DNA from: Eledone cirrhosa
Taxonomy: Eukaryota
Direction: 5' to 3'
DNA length: 64,000 bases
Assembly (NCBI GenBank): GCA_964016885.1
Contig: OZ024743.1
Coordinates: forward strand, 25,110,001 to 25,174,000
Positions 1 to 13,156 of the stretch are shown in pieces. The stretch's first letter is position 1. Each line of letters opens with the position of its first letter. The notes below the pieces were generated by a model. It was not told the DNA's origin. It saw only the letters and a list, made by a program, of their open reading frames with translations, and made no database searches. The position numbers and the translations under genes were made by a program.

Positions 1-30
1 ATTTAAACAAATATATATATTTATTTGGTT

Positions 31-67
31 CCTTTACCGGTTTCGCAGTTCTTCTGCTTTTCAAAAG
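31..67 (-). ncRNA. Hammerhead-like motif with variant core (UUGAAAA), Penelope-type
   Basis: Minus strand reads cttt-TTGAAAA-GCAG aagaa CTGC-GAAA-CCGG-TA-aagg. Helix II is 4 bp, helix III is the palindrome ACCGGT, helix I is cttt/aagg. The core differs from CUGANGA at two positions. Confidence 0.5.
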
Positions 68-1430
68 TAGAATTGAGATGGAGGGTCTTATTTTAAAAAT
101 AAGACTGCAGTTGCATTTTCGATTTCATCTTTTTTTCTTTATATATATAAATATACATGTATATAAATATATATATAAATATACATATATATAAATATAC
201 ATGTATAAAAATATATATATAAATATACATATATATAAATATACATGTATATAAATATTGTAATTGTTTTTGAATCCCGCCATAATTAAAATCACAAATA
301 TGGTAGGATAATAGAAACAGTACTAAACCTTTAACTTATTTCAATATTTCTGATTTACAATCTTTTTTTGAGAGATTAAATCACAAGCTGGAAGTATTTT
401 GCAGTTATAATTAATGCATTAACCTTTACTTTTATAGTTCTTTTCCTTTCACTTCTCTCTACTTTGAAATATACTTGCTTTCTTAAGTAGTTTTATAAAT
501 ATAACATTTTCCTTTACTCATCGAGTGGCACTACATTCAATTGTGTTATTTGATCATATAGAACCTTGTTCTTATTTCAGTATTGTGTTACCGAACTCTA
601 CATATTGAAGTGTTAATTGAAGGTGTATATCAAAATAAACCCTAATCACTTTTTAAAGACACATAACACCAATCGAAGGAGTTATTGCTCCACTGACACT
701 ACAATCCCACTAAAACAGAACTAGAAAGAATATATAATTTATACCAAAAAATTTCACGATGACCATTTTTATTAAACCGTACACCATATGAACATTGGTT
801 TAAAGACATTCATATTAAACAAAATAAACGTTATTTATGTTTGATACATTACTCTACTTAACATATACAGTCCTATAATTGCTCAAACAATAGTAAAAAG
901 CTCTAACACTTATTTAATGGGATTAGATATACTTTATTACTGCACTATTAATTATTACTGTACTATTAATTAAAGTAATAATACTTTAATTCTGATTTTC
1001 AGATCATGCTCTTTTATGCATTTTAGGTACAATTGCTCATTGTGGACATAATTTAGGTAATATTTCATTGTAGATATAGAAACTAGTCAGATTGAGATGG
1101 AACCTGTGGGGCAAACAAATATTTTACACTTTACAGTAAGGCTAAATGTTATTTAAAAAGTATCACATTCATTTGAAGTTACAAAGAGAAAATATTTATA
1201 TGTATATATGTATATATGTATGTTACATATATATATATAAATATATGATATATGACCTATTAACCTAAGTATATATAAATATATATAAATGTGCATGTTA
1301 TATATATATACATATATATATATACATATATACACACACATATATATATATATATATACATATATACACATATATATATACATACATACATATATACACA
1401 CACACATATATATATATGTGTGTGTGTGTG

Positions 1431-1496
<66 letters not shown>

Positions 1497-1700
1497 GTAA
1501 AATATTGAACGGGAACAAAACAGAGAGGCAGTACGAACAAAGGTTTATTAGTTTCACGCTCTTGAGAGTGGGGTGGTGGTGGGGAACGACGTTTCGGGCA
1601 TAAGCCCTTCTTCAGGTGAAAAGTGTGTGGGAAGAGAGTTCTAAGGGTGTGTAGGGGAGTGGTGGAGAGACATATAGAAAAAAGGGGGTGAGAGGAAACG
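1497..1700 (-). mobile_element. Short Penelope-like pLTR fragment ending in (TA)n
   Basis: Carries an HHR. Its tail (agcgtgaaactaataaacctttgttcgtactgc) resembles the tail of the 11195/21531 family (agcgttaacctaatatatcccttcaacatactgc). The 5' boundary is approximate. Confidence 0.55.
1586..1617 (-). ncRNA. Minimal type-I hammerhead ribozyme
   Basis: Minus strand reads ac-CTGAAGA-A-GGGC TTAT GCCC-GAAA-CG-TC-gt. Canonical core, GUC cleavage triplet, palindromic ACGU helix III. Confidence 0.8.
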
Positions 1701-1989
1701 GTACAAATGAAATTAAATATAAAAGCATAATAAAAAAAATAATGAGAACTATGTTTGTAAGTTATGTAAATTTTTCCCAATTTGTGTTTAATGATTTATC
1801 TACGAACAAAATATTCATTACTAGCACATTTTAAAGTATTGATTTCTTAATTAAGCCTGAAACAGCATGCACGTAGATTAAATTACTAAATTGGCGAAGA
1901 AATTTAAAGAAAAAAAAATAGTAATTATTTAAAGTGTGAAAAATGTAAAAATATTTTGTTTCTTATAATATTAGTTTGTTGTTCACGTA

Positions 1990-2027
1990 CTATATGTGAG
2001 AGTGCATGTGTGTGTTGGTGACTGTGT

Positions 2028-2064
<37 letters not shown>

Positions 2065-2381
2065 AGAGTGCATGTGTGTGTTGGTGACTGTGTGTGTATG
2101 TGTGTGTGTGTGTGTGTGTATGTGAGAGTACATGTGTGTGTTGGTGACTGTGTGTGTATGTATGTGTGTGTGTGTGTGTCAATGGCTGTGTGTATGTGAG
2201 AGTGCATGTGTGTGTCAGTGACTGTGTGTGTATGTGTGTGTGTGTGTATGTGTGTGTGTGTGTGTGTCAGTGGCTGTGTGTATGTGAGAGTGCATGTGTG
2301 TGTTGGTGACTGTGTATGTGTGTGTGTGTGTGTCAGTGTCTGTGTGTATGTGAGAGTGCATGTGTGTGTTGGTGACTGTGT

Positions 2382-2415
<34 letters not shown>

Positions 2416-2753
2416 CAGTGGGTGTGTGTATGTGAGAGTGCATGTGTGTGTTGGTGACTGTGTGTGTATGTGTGTGTGTGTGTGTGTCAGTGGGTGTGTG
2501 TATGTGAGAGTGCATGTGTGTGTTGGTGACTGTGTGTGCATGTGTGTGTGTGTGTGTGTCAGTGGCTGTGTGTATGTGAGAGTGCATGTGTGTGTTGGTG
2601 ACTGTGTGTGTATGTGTGTGTGTGTGTGTGTGTAAGTGGCTGTGTGTATGTGAGAGTGCATGTGTGTGTTGGTGACTGTGTGTGTATGTATGTGTGTGTG
2701 TGTGTCAGTGGCTGTGTGTATATGAGAGTGCATGTGTGTGTTGGTGACTGTGT

Positions 2754-2790
<37 letters not shown>

Positions 2791-3457
2791 AGTGGCTCTG
2801 TATATGTGAGAGTGCATGTGTGTGTTGGTGACTGTGTGTGTATGTGTGTGTGTGTTTGTGTGTGTCAGTGGCTGTGTATATGTGAGAGTGCATGTGTGTG
2901 TTGGTGACTGTGTATGTGTGTGTGTGTGTGTGTGTGTCAGTGTCTGTGTGTATGTGAGAGTGCATGTGTGTGTTGGTGACTGTGTATGTGTGTGCGTGTG
3001 TGTCAGTGTCTGTGTGTATGTGAGAGTGCATGTGTGTGTTGGTGACTGTGTGTGTATGTGTGTGTGTGTGTGTGTGTGTCAGTGGCTGTGTATATGTGAG
3101 AGTGCATGTGTGTGTTGGTGACTGTGTATGTGTGTGTGTGTGTGTCAGTGTCTGTGTGTATGTGAGAGTGCATGTGTGTGTTGGTGACTGTGCATGTGTG
3201 TGTGTGTGTGTCAGTGTCTGTGTGTATGTGAGAGTGCATGTGTGTGTTGGTGACTGTGTATGTGTGTGTGTGTGTGTCAGTGTCTGCGTGTATGTGAGAG
3301 TGCATGTGTGTGTTGGTGACTGTGTGTGTGTGTGTGTGTGTGTCAGTGTCTGTGTGTATGTGAGAGTGCATGTGTGTGTTGGTGACTGTGTATGTGTGTG
3401 TGTGTGTGTCAGTGTCTGTGTGTATGTGAGAGTGCATGTGTGTGTTGGTGACTGTGT

Positions 3458-3489
<32 letters not shown>

Positions 3490-3537
3490 CAGTGCCTGTG
3501 TATATGTGAGAGTGCATGTGTGTGTTGGTGACTGTGT

Positions 3538-3574
<37 letters not shown>

Positions 3575-4130
3575 AGTGGCTGTGTATATGTGAGAGTGCA
3601 TGTGTGTGTTGGTGACTGTGTATGTGTGTGTGTGTGTGTCAGTGTCTGTGTGTATGTGAGAGAGCATGTGTGTGTTGGTGACTGTGTATGTGTGTGTGTG
3701 TGTGTCAGTGTCTGTGTGTATGTGAGAGTGCATGTGTGTGTTGGTGACTGTGTGTGTATGTGTGTGTGTGTGTGTGTGTGTGTCAGTGGCTGTGTATATG
3801 TGAGAGTGCATGTGTGTGTTGGTGACTGTGTATGTGTGTGTGTGTGTGTCAGTGTCTGTGTATATGTGAGAATGCATGTGTGTGTTGGTGACTGTGTGTG
3901 TATGTGTGTGTGTGTCAGTGTCTGTGTGTATGTGAGAGTGCATGTGTGTGTTGGTGACTGTGTATGTGTGTGTGTATGTGAGAGTGCATCTGTGTGTTGG
4001 TGACTGTGTATGTGTGTGTGTGTGTGTCCGTGTCTGTGTATATGTGAGAGTGCATGTGTGTGTTGGTGACTGTGTCTGTATGTGTGTGTGTGTGTGTCAG
4101 TGTATGTGTGTATGTGAGAGTGCATGTGTG
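1990..4130. repeat. TG-rich satellite, phase 1 (about 50-62 bp unit)
   Basis: Unit TATGTGAGAGTGCATGTGTGTGTTGGTGACTG(TG)n..TCAGTG(G/T)CTGTG, with variable (TG)n length. Confidence 0.95.
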
Positions 4131-6900
4131 TATATATCTGTGTGCCAGTGTGTATGTGAGAGTGCATGTGTATATATCTGTGTGCCAGTGTCTATGTGAG
4201 AGTGCATGTGTGTATATATCTGTGTGCCAGTGTGTATGTGAGAGTGCATGTGTGTATATATCTGTGTGCCAGTGTCTATGTGAGAGTGCATGCATGTGTA
4301 TGTGTCTGTGCCAGTGTGTATGTGAGAGTGCATGTGTGTATATATCTGTGTGCCAGTGTGTATGTGAGAGTGCATGTGTGTATATATGTGTGCCAGTGTG
4401 TATGTGAGAGTGCATGTGTGTATATATCTGTGTGCCAGTGTGTATGTGAGAGTGCATGTGTGTATATATCTGTGTGCCAGTGTGTATGTGAGAATGCATG
4501 TGTGTATATATGTGTGCCAGTGTGTATGTGAGAGTGCATGTGTGTATATATCTGTGTGCCAGTGTGTATGTGAGAGTGCATGTGTGTATGTGAGAGTGCA
4601 TGTGTGTATATATCTGTGTGCCAGTGTGTATGTGAGAGTGCATGTGTGTATATATCTGTGTGCCAGTGTGTATGTGAGAGTGCATGTGTGTATATATCTG
4701 TGTGCCAGTGTGTATGTGAGAGTGCATGTGTGTATATATCTGTGTGCCAGTGTGTATGTGAGAGTGCATGTGTGTATATATGTGTGCCAGTGTGTATGTG
4801 AGAGTGCATGTGTGTGTATGTGTCTGTGCCAGTGTGTATGTGAGAGTGCATGTGTGTATATATCTGTGTGCCAGTGTGTATGTGAGAGTGCATGTGTGTA
4901 TATATGTGTGCCAGTGTGTATGTGAGAGTGCATGTGTGTATATATCTGTGTGCCAGTGTGTATGTGAGAGTGCATGTGTGTATATATCTGTGTGCCAGTG
5001 TGTATGTGAGAGTGCATGTGTATATATATGTGTGCCAGTGTGTATGTGAGAGTGCATGTGTGTATATATCTGTGTGCCAGTGTCTATGTGAGAGTGCATG
5101 TGTGTATATATCTGTGTGCCAGTGTCTATGTGAGAGTGCATGTGTGTATATATCTGTGTGCCAGTGTCTATGTGAGAGTGCATGTGTGTATATATGTGTG
5201 CCAGTGTGTATGTGAGAGTGCATGTGTGTATATATGTGTGCAAGTGTGTATGTGAGAGTGCATGTGTGTATATCTGTGTGCCAGTGTGTATGTGAGAGCG
5301 CATGTGTGTATATATGTGTGCCAGTGTCTATGTTAGAGTGCATGTGTGTATATATCTGTGTGCCAGTGTGTATGTGAGAGTGCATGTGTGTATATATGTG
5401 TGCCAGTGTGTATGTGAGAGTGCATGTGTGTATATATCTGTGTGCCAGTGTCTATGTGAGAGTGCATGTGTGTATATATCTGTGTGCCAGTGTGTATGTG
5501 AGAGTGCATGTGTGTATATATGTGTGCCAGTGTGTATGTGAGAGTGCATGTGTGTATATCTGTGTGCCAGTGTGTATGTGAGAGTGCATGTGTGTATATA
5601 TCTGTGTGCCAGTGTCTATGTGAGAGTGCATGTGTGTGTATATCTGTGTGCCAGTGTGTATGTGAGAGTGCATGTGTGTATATATGTGTGCCAGTGTGTA
5701 TGTGAGAGTTCATGTGTGTATATATGTGTGCCAGTGTGTATGTGAGAGTGCATGTGTGTATATATGTGTGCCAGTGTGTATGTGAGAGTGCATGTGTATA
5801 TATATGTGTGCCAGTGTGTATGTGAGAGTGCATGTGTATATATCTGTGTGCCAGTGTGTATGTGAGAGTGCATGTGTGTATATATGTGTGCCAGTGTCTA
5901 TGTGAGAGTGCATGCGTGTGTATGTGTCTGTGCCAGTGTGTATGTGAGAGTGCATGTGTGTATATATCTGTGTGCCAGTGTCTATGTGAGAGTGCATGTG
6001 TGTGTATATCTGTGTGCCAGTGTGTATGTGAGAGTGCATGTGTGTATATATCTGTGTGCCAGTGTCTATGTGAGAGTGCATGTGTGTGTATATCTGTGTG
6101 GCAGTGTGTATGTGAGAGTGCATGTGTGTATATATGTGTGCCAGTGTGTATGTGAGAGTGCATGTGTGTATATATGTGTGCCAGTGTCTATGTGAGAGTG
6201 CATGTGTGTATATATATCTGTGTGCCAGTGTGTATGTGAGAGTGCATGTGTGTGTATATCTGTGTGCCAGTGTGTATGTGAGAGTGCATGTGTGTGTATA
6301 TCTGTGTGCCAGTGTGTATGTGAGAGTGCATGTGTGTATATATGTGTGCCAGTGTGTATGTGAGAGTGCATGTGTGTATATATGTGTGCCAGTGTGTATG
6401 TGAGAGTGCATGTGTATATATCTGTGTGTCAGTGTGTATGTGAGAGTGCATGTGTGTGTATATCTGTGTGCCAGTGTGTATGTGAGAGTGAATGTGTGTG
6501 TATATCTGTGTGCCAGTGCCTATGTGAGAGTGCATGTGTGTGTATGTGTCTGTGCCAGTGTGTGTGTGTGAGAGTGCATGTGTGTGTATGTGTCTGTGCC
6601 AGTGTGTATGTGAGAGTGCATGTGTGTGTATGTGTCTGTGCCAGTGTGTCTATGTGAGAGTGCATATGTGTGTATGTGTCTGTGCCAGTGTGTGTGTGTG
6701 AGAGTGCATGTGTGTGTATGTGTCTGTGCCAGTGTGTATGTGAGAGTGCATGTGTGTATATATCTGTGTGCCAGTGTGTATGTGAGAGTGCATGTGTGTG
6801 TATATCTGTGTGCCAGTGTCTATGTGAGAGTGCATGTGTGTGTATGTGTCTGTGCCAGTGTGTGTGTGTGTATGTGTCTGTGCCAGTGTGTGTGTGTGAG
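4131..6900. repeat. TG-rich satellite, phase 2 (40/42 bp unit)
   Basis: Unit TATGTGAGAGTGCATGTGTGTATATA(TC)TGTGTGCCAGTGTG repeated dozens of times. Confidence 0.95.
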
Positions 6901-9210
6901 AGTGTATGCGTCTGTGCCAGTGTGTATGTGTGTGTGTATGGGTATGTTTGTATGGGTGTGTGTCAGTGACTGTGTGTGTGTCAGTACTGTGTGTTAATGG
7001 GTGTGTGTCAGTGCCTGTGTGTGTATGTGTGTGTGTCAGTGCATGTGTGTGTATGGGTGTGTGTTAGTGCCTGTGTCTATATGTGTGTGTGTCTGTGTAT
7101 GTGTGTGTCTCAGTGACTGTCTGTGTTAGTGCATGTGCGTGTGTATGTGTGTCAGTAACTGTGTGTATGTGTGTGTGTCAGTGACTGTGTGTATGTGTGT
7201 GTGTCAGTGACTGTGTGTATGTGTGTGTGTCAGTGACTGTGTGTATGTGTGTGTGCCAGTGACTGTGTGTATGTGTGTGTGCCAGTGACTGTGTGTATGT
7301 GTGTGTGTCAGTAACAGTGTGTATGTGTGTGTGTCAGTGACTGTGTGTATGTGTGTGTGTCAGTGACTGTGTGTATGGGTGTCAGTGAATGTGTGTATGT
7401 GTGTGTGTCAGTGACTGTGTGTATGTGTGTGTGCCAGTGACTGTGTGTATGGGTGTCAGAGCATGTGTGTATGTGTGTGTGTCAGTGACTGTGTATGTGT
7501 GTGTGTCAGTGACTGTGTGTATGGGTGTCAGTGAATGTGTGTATGTGTGTGTGTCAGTAACTGTGTGTATGTGTGTGTGTCAGTGACTGTGTGTGTGTGT
7601 GTCAGTGACTGTGTGTATGTGTGTCAGTGAATGTGTGTATGTGTGTGTGTCAGTGACTGTATGTGTGTGTGTCAGTGAAGGTGTGTATGTGTGTGTGTCA
7701 GTGAATGTGTGTATGGGTGTCAGTGCATGTGTGTATGGGTGTCAGTACATGTGTGTATGTGTGTCAGTGAATGTGTGTATGTGTGTGTGTGTCAGCGACT
7801 GTGTGTGTGTGTGCCATTGGAGGTGTGTATGTGTGTGTGTCAGTGACAGTGTGTATGTGTGTCAGTGCATGTGTGTATGTGTGTGTGTCAGTGACTGTGT
7901 GTATGGGTGTGTGTCAGCGACAGTGTGTATGGGTGTCAGTGCATGTGTGTATGGGTGTCAGTGCATGTGTGTATGTGTGTCAGTGAATGTGTGTATGTGT
8001 GTGTGTGTCAGCGAATGTGTGTGTGTGTGTCAGTGAAGGTGTGTATGTGTGTGTGTCAGTGAATGTGTGTATGGGTGTCAGTGCATGTGTGTATGGGTGT
8101 CAGTGACTGTGTGTATGTGTGTGTCAGTGACTGTGTGTGTGTGTCAGTGAATGTGTGTATGGGTGTCAGTGACAGTGTGTATGTGTGTGTGTCAGTGAAT
8201 GTGTGTATGGGTGTCAGTGCATGTGTGTATGGGTGTCAGTGCATGTGTGTATGTGTGTCAGTGAATGTGTGTATGTGTGTGTGTCAATGAAGGTGTGTAT
8301 GTGTGTGTGTCAGTGAATGTGTGTATGGGTGTCAGTGCATGTGTGTATGGGTGTCAGTGACTGTGTGTATGTGTGTGTCAGTGACTGTGTGTATGGGTGT
8401 CAGTGACAGTGTGTATGTGTGTGTGTCAGTGAATGTGTGTATGGGTGTCAGTGACAGTGTGTATGTGTGTGTGTCAGTGACTGTGTGTATGTGTGTGTGT
8501 CAGTGAATGTGTGTATGTGTGTGTGTCAGTGACAGTGTGTATGTGTGTGTGTCAATGAAGGTGTGTATGTGTGTGCGTCAGTGAATGTGTGTATGTGTGT
8601 GTGTCAGTGCATGTGTGTATGTGTGTGTGTCAGTGAATGTGTGTCAGTGAATGTGTGTATGTGTGTCAGTGAATGTGTGTATGTGTGTGTGTCAGTGACT
8701 GTGTGTATGTGTGTGTGTCAATGAAGGTGTGTATGTGTGTGTGTCAGTGAATGTGTGTATGTGTGTGTGTCAGTGCATGTGTGTTTGTGTGTGTGTCAGT
8801 GAATGTGTGTATGTGTGTGTGTCAGTGACAGTGTGTGTGTGTGTGTCAGTGAATGTGTGTATGTGTGTGTGTCAATGAAGGTGTGTATGTGTGTGTGTCA
8901 GTGACTGTGTGTATGTGTGTGTGTCAGTGCATGTGTGTATGTGTGTGTGTCAGTGCCTGTGTGTATGGGTGTCAGTGACTGTGTGTATGTGTGTGTGTCA
9001 GTGCATGTGTGTATGGGTGTCAGTGAATGTGTGTTAGTGTGTGTCAGTGACAGTGTGTGTGTGTGTCAGTGAATGTGTGTATGTGTGTGTGTCAGTGACT
9101 GTGTGTGTGTGTGTCAGTGCATGTGTGTATGTGTGTCTGTCAGTGCATGTGTGTGTGTGTCAGTGCATGTGTGTATGTGTGTGTGTCAGTGCATGTGTGT
9201 ATGTGTGTGT
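6901..9210. repeat. TG-rich satellite, phase 3 (about 20-26 bp unit)
   Basis: Unit GTCAGTG(AC/AA/CA)TGTGTGTATG(TG)n, or a variant ending ...TATGGGT. Confidence 0.95.
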
Positions 9211-9546
9211 CTCAAAGAAAATAATTGCCATTAAATTAAATATTGTTTCCATAATTATAATTAAACTAATCATATTTTGTTATTTATGCAACGAAGCAGT
9301 TTTTTTATTTTCTCCCCCCCCCCCCGTCTTTCTCTTCCATTTACTCTCTTTATAGATTATCATTATTTAGAATTTAGAAATTGAATCTATTCCTAAAATT
9401 TAATATATTTATTGGCTCATGGTCAGATGAATAATTAGGATATATGTCAGTTTCACTATGTATGTATGTATGTATGTATGTATGTATGTATGTATGTATG
9501 TATGTATGTATGTATGTATGTATGTATGTATGTATGTATGTATGTA

Positions 9547-9882
9547 TATATGTATAACACCTGCAACCCTGATGGTATCCAATGATGTTGACTTGTTCTT
9601 CTTTTTGATAAATATCATCTTGGTTAAGAGAGTGGGACTGGCTTTGTGCAGTGCCTTTGCTCACTATAAAAGCTTCACGGCACAGGCATTGCTTTATATC
9701 TGGAGAACACTCTGCACTTGTCGTCACATGGTACGATGGGCCCAGCACTATGTGTCAATAATTGTCACAGGTGTAGTGTTTGTAGCAGAGTTTTCAAGTC
9801 GCTTGTTCAGCGCATCGGTAGGGGTTCTCCTACATGGATATAAAGTGGTGGCCGTACTTGAAAAGGAGTTGGCAGCCACCAT
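9547..9882 (+). mobile_element. RTE-derived non-autonomous element, 5'-truncated copy, flanked by (TATG)n
   Basis: Highly similar to the reverse complement of 25743-26093. Same 3' end (gagttggcagccaccat). Confidence 0.7.
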
Positions 9883-10281
9883 GTATGTATGTATGTATGT
9901 ATGTATGTATGTATGTATGTATGTATGTATGTATGTATGTATGTATGTACGTATGTATGTTCTTCTGGTTTTATAATTTCACAAAGTTTTACCAATAGAG
10001 AGAGAGTCGGTTTCTAACATAGACACAAGACTCTCTCATTGGAATTTACACAACATCAACTAGGTAGATATATATGTATGTCTGCATGCATGCATGTGTA
10101 GATATGGATGTTATTGTAGGTGTGGATGTGTATGTTTTGAGTTGTATGTGTGCATGTGTATATGCTTTGTATCTGTACATGTGTATATGCAGTTATTAGA
10201 TGCAACATTTTTGGAATATTTTACATATTTTTACTGTTCCATTAATGGATTGATGTATATATATGTGTATGTATGTATGTA

Positions 10282-10314
<33 letters not shown>

Positions 10315-10366
10315 ATGTTTGTATGTATATATGTATGTGTGTGTGTGCAAATGCACAAATATATAA

Positions 10367-10449
<83 letters not shown>

Positions 10450-10520
10450 CATATATACATATATAAAATCATGTATATATGTGTATATTTATTCACGCAC
10501 ATACATGTATATATATACTG

Positions 10521-10562
<42 letters not shown>

Positions 10563-10817
10563 AATATATATATACACAATATATAGAGAAACACACAGAC
10601 ACATGCGGACACATACATATACATGAATATATCCACATATATCCTTGAGTTAGTGGTGCCAACTTCAGCCGATGTTGCTCTATGAATAACTGGCACAAAC
10701 CAATCCGAATGGATTAGACTGATTCAGTATCAGAGCTATATAATACATTATGAAGAGAGAAGAAACATTAGATATAATTAGTAATAAGATGTATCATACC
10801 TAAACTGCTTCTAAATT

Positions 10818-10864
10818 CCTCGACTACGTAGTTTCGTGGCATATGCAAAAACACATCACAGAGA
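10818..10864 (-). ncRNA. Degenerate hammerhead relic
   Basis: Minus strand reads tctCTGTGA-T-GTG...CAC-GAAA-CTACGTAG-TC-gagg. Palindromic helix III ACTACGTAGT and a GUC site; the core lacks a nucleotide. Confidence 0.5.
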
Positions 10865-10876
10865 TATAGAATTTTT

Positions 10877-11036
10877 ATAAACAACATAAGATAATTATTT
10901 CATTTACCAGTGGTTTCTTGAAAGCAACCAAAATTGCTTTCATTCACCAGGATTTTTTCATTCTGATGAATGAAAGCAATTTTGGTTGCTTTCAAGAAAC
11001 CACTGGTAAATGTAATAATTATCTTATGTTGTTTAT
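10877..11036. mobile_element. Fold-back (inverted repeat) element with an HHR in each arm
   Basis: Arms of about 74 bp (ataaacaacataagataattat...) around a short spacer. Confidence 0.85.
10959..11012 (+). ncRNA. Type-I hammerhead ribozyme
   Basis: catt-CTGATGA-A-TGAAAGCAA ttttgg TTGCTTTCA-A-GAAA-CCACTGG-TA-aatg. Helix II is 9 bp and helix I is 4 bp. The mirror copy at 10904-10950(-) has core CTGGTGA. Confidence 0.8.
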
Positions 11037-11114
11037 TACATAACTAATAAGCTCTGTAACCTACATAGAGCACTCTTTTTTCCTGGAACTTTCCGACGGA
11101 ATCACTTCATTCAT

Positions 11115-11145
<31 letters not shown>

Positions 11146-11194
11146 CAAAAACATATACAAATAAATGTGCATTTTTGTGTGTATATGTATAATA

Positions 11195-11356
11195 CCATCC
11201 CGCCCGTCCCCTTAATCTATTTTATTTCTCATTCTTTCTTCTGATGAAGGACTAGCGTCCGAAACGTTAAGACCCTCCTCCTGATATATCAAGCGTTAAC
11301 CTAATATATCCCTTCAACATACTGCACATATTGTGTTGTTATTTCTGTTTACCTTT

Positions 11357-11359
<3 letters not shown>
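11195..11359 (+). mobile_element. Penelope-like pLTR fragment, family copy 1
   Basis: Near-identical to 21531-21693. Contains an HHR and ends in a (TACA)/(TA)n tract. Confidence 0.75.
11237..11272 (+). ncRNA. Minimal type-I hammerhead ribozyme
   Basis: tctt-CTGATGA-A-GGAC TAGC GTCC-GAAA-CG-TT-aaga. Confidence 0.85.
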
Positions 11360-11393
<34 letters not shown>

Positions 11394-11433
11394 GTTTATG
11401 TGTGTATTTGTATGACACTGTCACATTATTCCT

Positions 11434-11474
<41 letters not shown>

Positions 11475-11517
11475 TATATACATATGCATATTACATACAT
11501 GTAAAGGCACACACACA

Positions 11518-11589
<72 letters not shown>

Positions 11590-11591
<2 letters not shown>

Positions 11592-11800
11592 TAGAAGTTG
11601 TAATTAATTTGTTGGAAGTCCGACAAACATAAATGTTTATAACTGATTTAGAGCACTCAACAGTTTACTGGAGTAAATATTCAATGATATTAAATAAATG
11701 GAAACTATATTTATAAAACCATGTTTATTTTATTATATATATTTCAAGGGCAACCAAGACAACACTGGTACGCTTTCATCAGATAAAATACAAAGTTTGT
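11590..11800 (-). mobile_element. Penelope-like pLTR fragment abutting (TA)n
   Basis: Shares gatattaaa(t/c)aaatggaaactatatttataaaacca with 33690-33925 and carries an HHR. Confidence 0.65.
11726..11790 (-). ncRNA. Type-I hammerhead ribozyme
   Basis: Minus strand reads tattttat-CTGATGA-AAGCGTACCAG...TGGTTGCCCTT-GAAA-TATATA-TA-ataaaata. Helix I is a perfect 8 bp and helix III is palindromic. Confidence 0.8.
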
Positions 11801-12522
11801 TTTATAAATAGAGACATACCCATGAAAATCCTACCTTATCGGCTGGAAATCGACTGGATAGTGGAGATATTTCCACTATCCAGTGAATTATATATACACA
11901 CACACTAGTGCTTTGTTGTATCTCCATTTCACCATGAAATAAGTATCACTGAATGGTACAGATTAAAGCCAGTATTTGAAACAGTGGGAACAATATAGGA
12001 TTGAGTATTGTTTATGTCATCATCCCAAATATTAAATATCATAGCTATGATTAAGCATCATTGGTTTACATCGTTGAGCGTAAATCTTTGCAGGATATGT
12101 TAAAACGTGTATTGGTTACGTGAATCTCCTCAATAAAAGTCAACACATCTAATCATCCGTGGATGGTTGGATGAAAACATGTAATTAGTAAATGTCAAAC
12201 ACATGCTTTTATTTATCATATTTCCGGGAGAAAAGTATCGATTGCTACTTCGGATCGAAGGTGTGATACTTTTAGATCAAGTGAAGTAATTGAGTGATGT
12301 AGATCCCACCTATCCTACATCCTCAGTATGTACAGTATATAAAACTTATAAAATATGCACAACGTACAGAAAATAACACTACTAAATACTGCACATATAT
12401 TACAAAGTAATTTAGATTGCAACAGAACATACGAATCCAAAATAAAACGCTGCGTATATCCAAAGCACATGGAATTTCTATTGGTAGTGCAATGAAAGCA
12501 CGCAATAAATACATAAGACTTC

Positions 12523-12524
12523 TG

Positions 12525-12579
<55 letters not shown>

Positions 12580-12610
12580 TTACTACTACTACTACTGCTG
12601 CTGCTGCTGT

Positions 12611-12650
<40 letters not shown>

Positions 12651-12669
12651 GCTACTGCTGCTGCTGCTG

Positions 12670-12723
<54 letters not shown>

Positions 12724-12738
12724 ATGATAATAATAATA
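12523..12738. repeat. (ACT)n/(GCT)n trinucleotide microsatellite
   Basis: Direct reading. Confidence 0.95.
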
Positions 12739-12744
12739 TCAATG

Positions 12745-13095
12745 GTTTCATTTATTGGCCACAAGGGCCGACATATAGGGGACAATACTAAGACAGGAAC
12801 AGTGGGGGTGTACAATAAACTTGAATAAAATAATAAGAATATTAGAACAAGACAACTCACACAACATGTCCTCGACAAGATTAATACCCAATAAAATAAC
12901 GCCATTTACATTACATACACCACACACAACAGACAAAACACTAAGATAACATAAGAAACAAGCTAAAACCCCAGTAAAACATGATGCAGTGCATTAAAAG
13001 GAGGAGTCTATAGAAATAAGAGCACAATGCTGCACAACTCAGAAACACGGAGGTATGTCAGGTGATGCAGTAGGCACTTGCAGGACACTACCGAA
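12745..13095 (-). mobile_element. 3' end of a Tx1/L1-like LINE relative in (TAA)n
   Basis: Shares the terminal motif CCCTTGTGG(C/T)NAATAAA with the (CTAT)n-targeted family and is flanked by AAT repeats. Confidence 0.45.
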
Positions 13096-13102
13096 AAAAA
13101 TG

Positions 13103-13152
<50 letters not shown>

Positions 13153-13156
<4 letters not shown>

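Noticed and set aside
560-1000. Possible Penelope RT/thumb remnant (RSYCS...KTELERIY)
   Set aside because: Too degenerate to support by eye; needs tblastn or HMM confirmation.
9872-9883. Perfect Kozak sequence GCCACCATG
   Set aside because: It is formed by the element end joining (TATG)n. The other copy reads GCCACCATA and no real ORF follows.
12290-12330. CTGAGGA plus hairpin on the minus strand; also CTGATGA at 62153(-) and 62197(+)
   Set aside because: No correctly placed GAAA, helix III or helix I.
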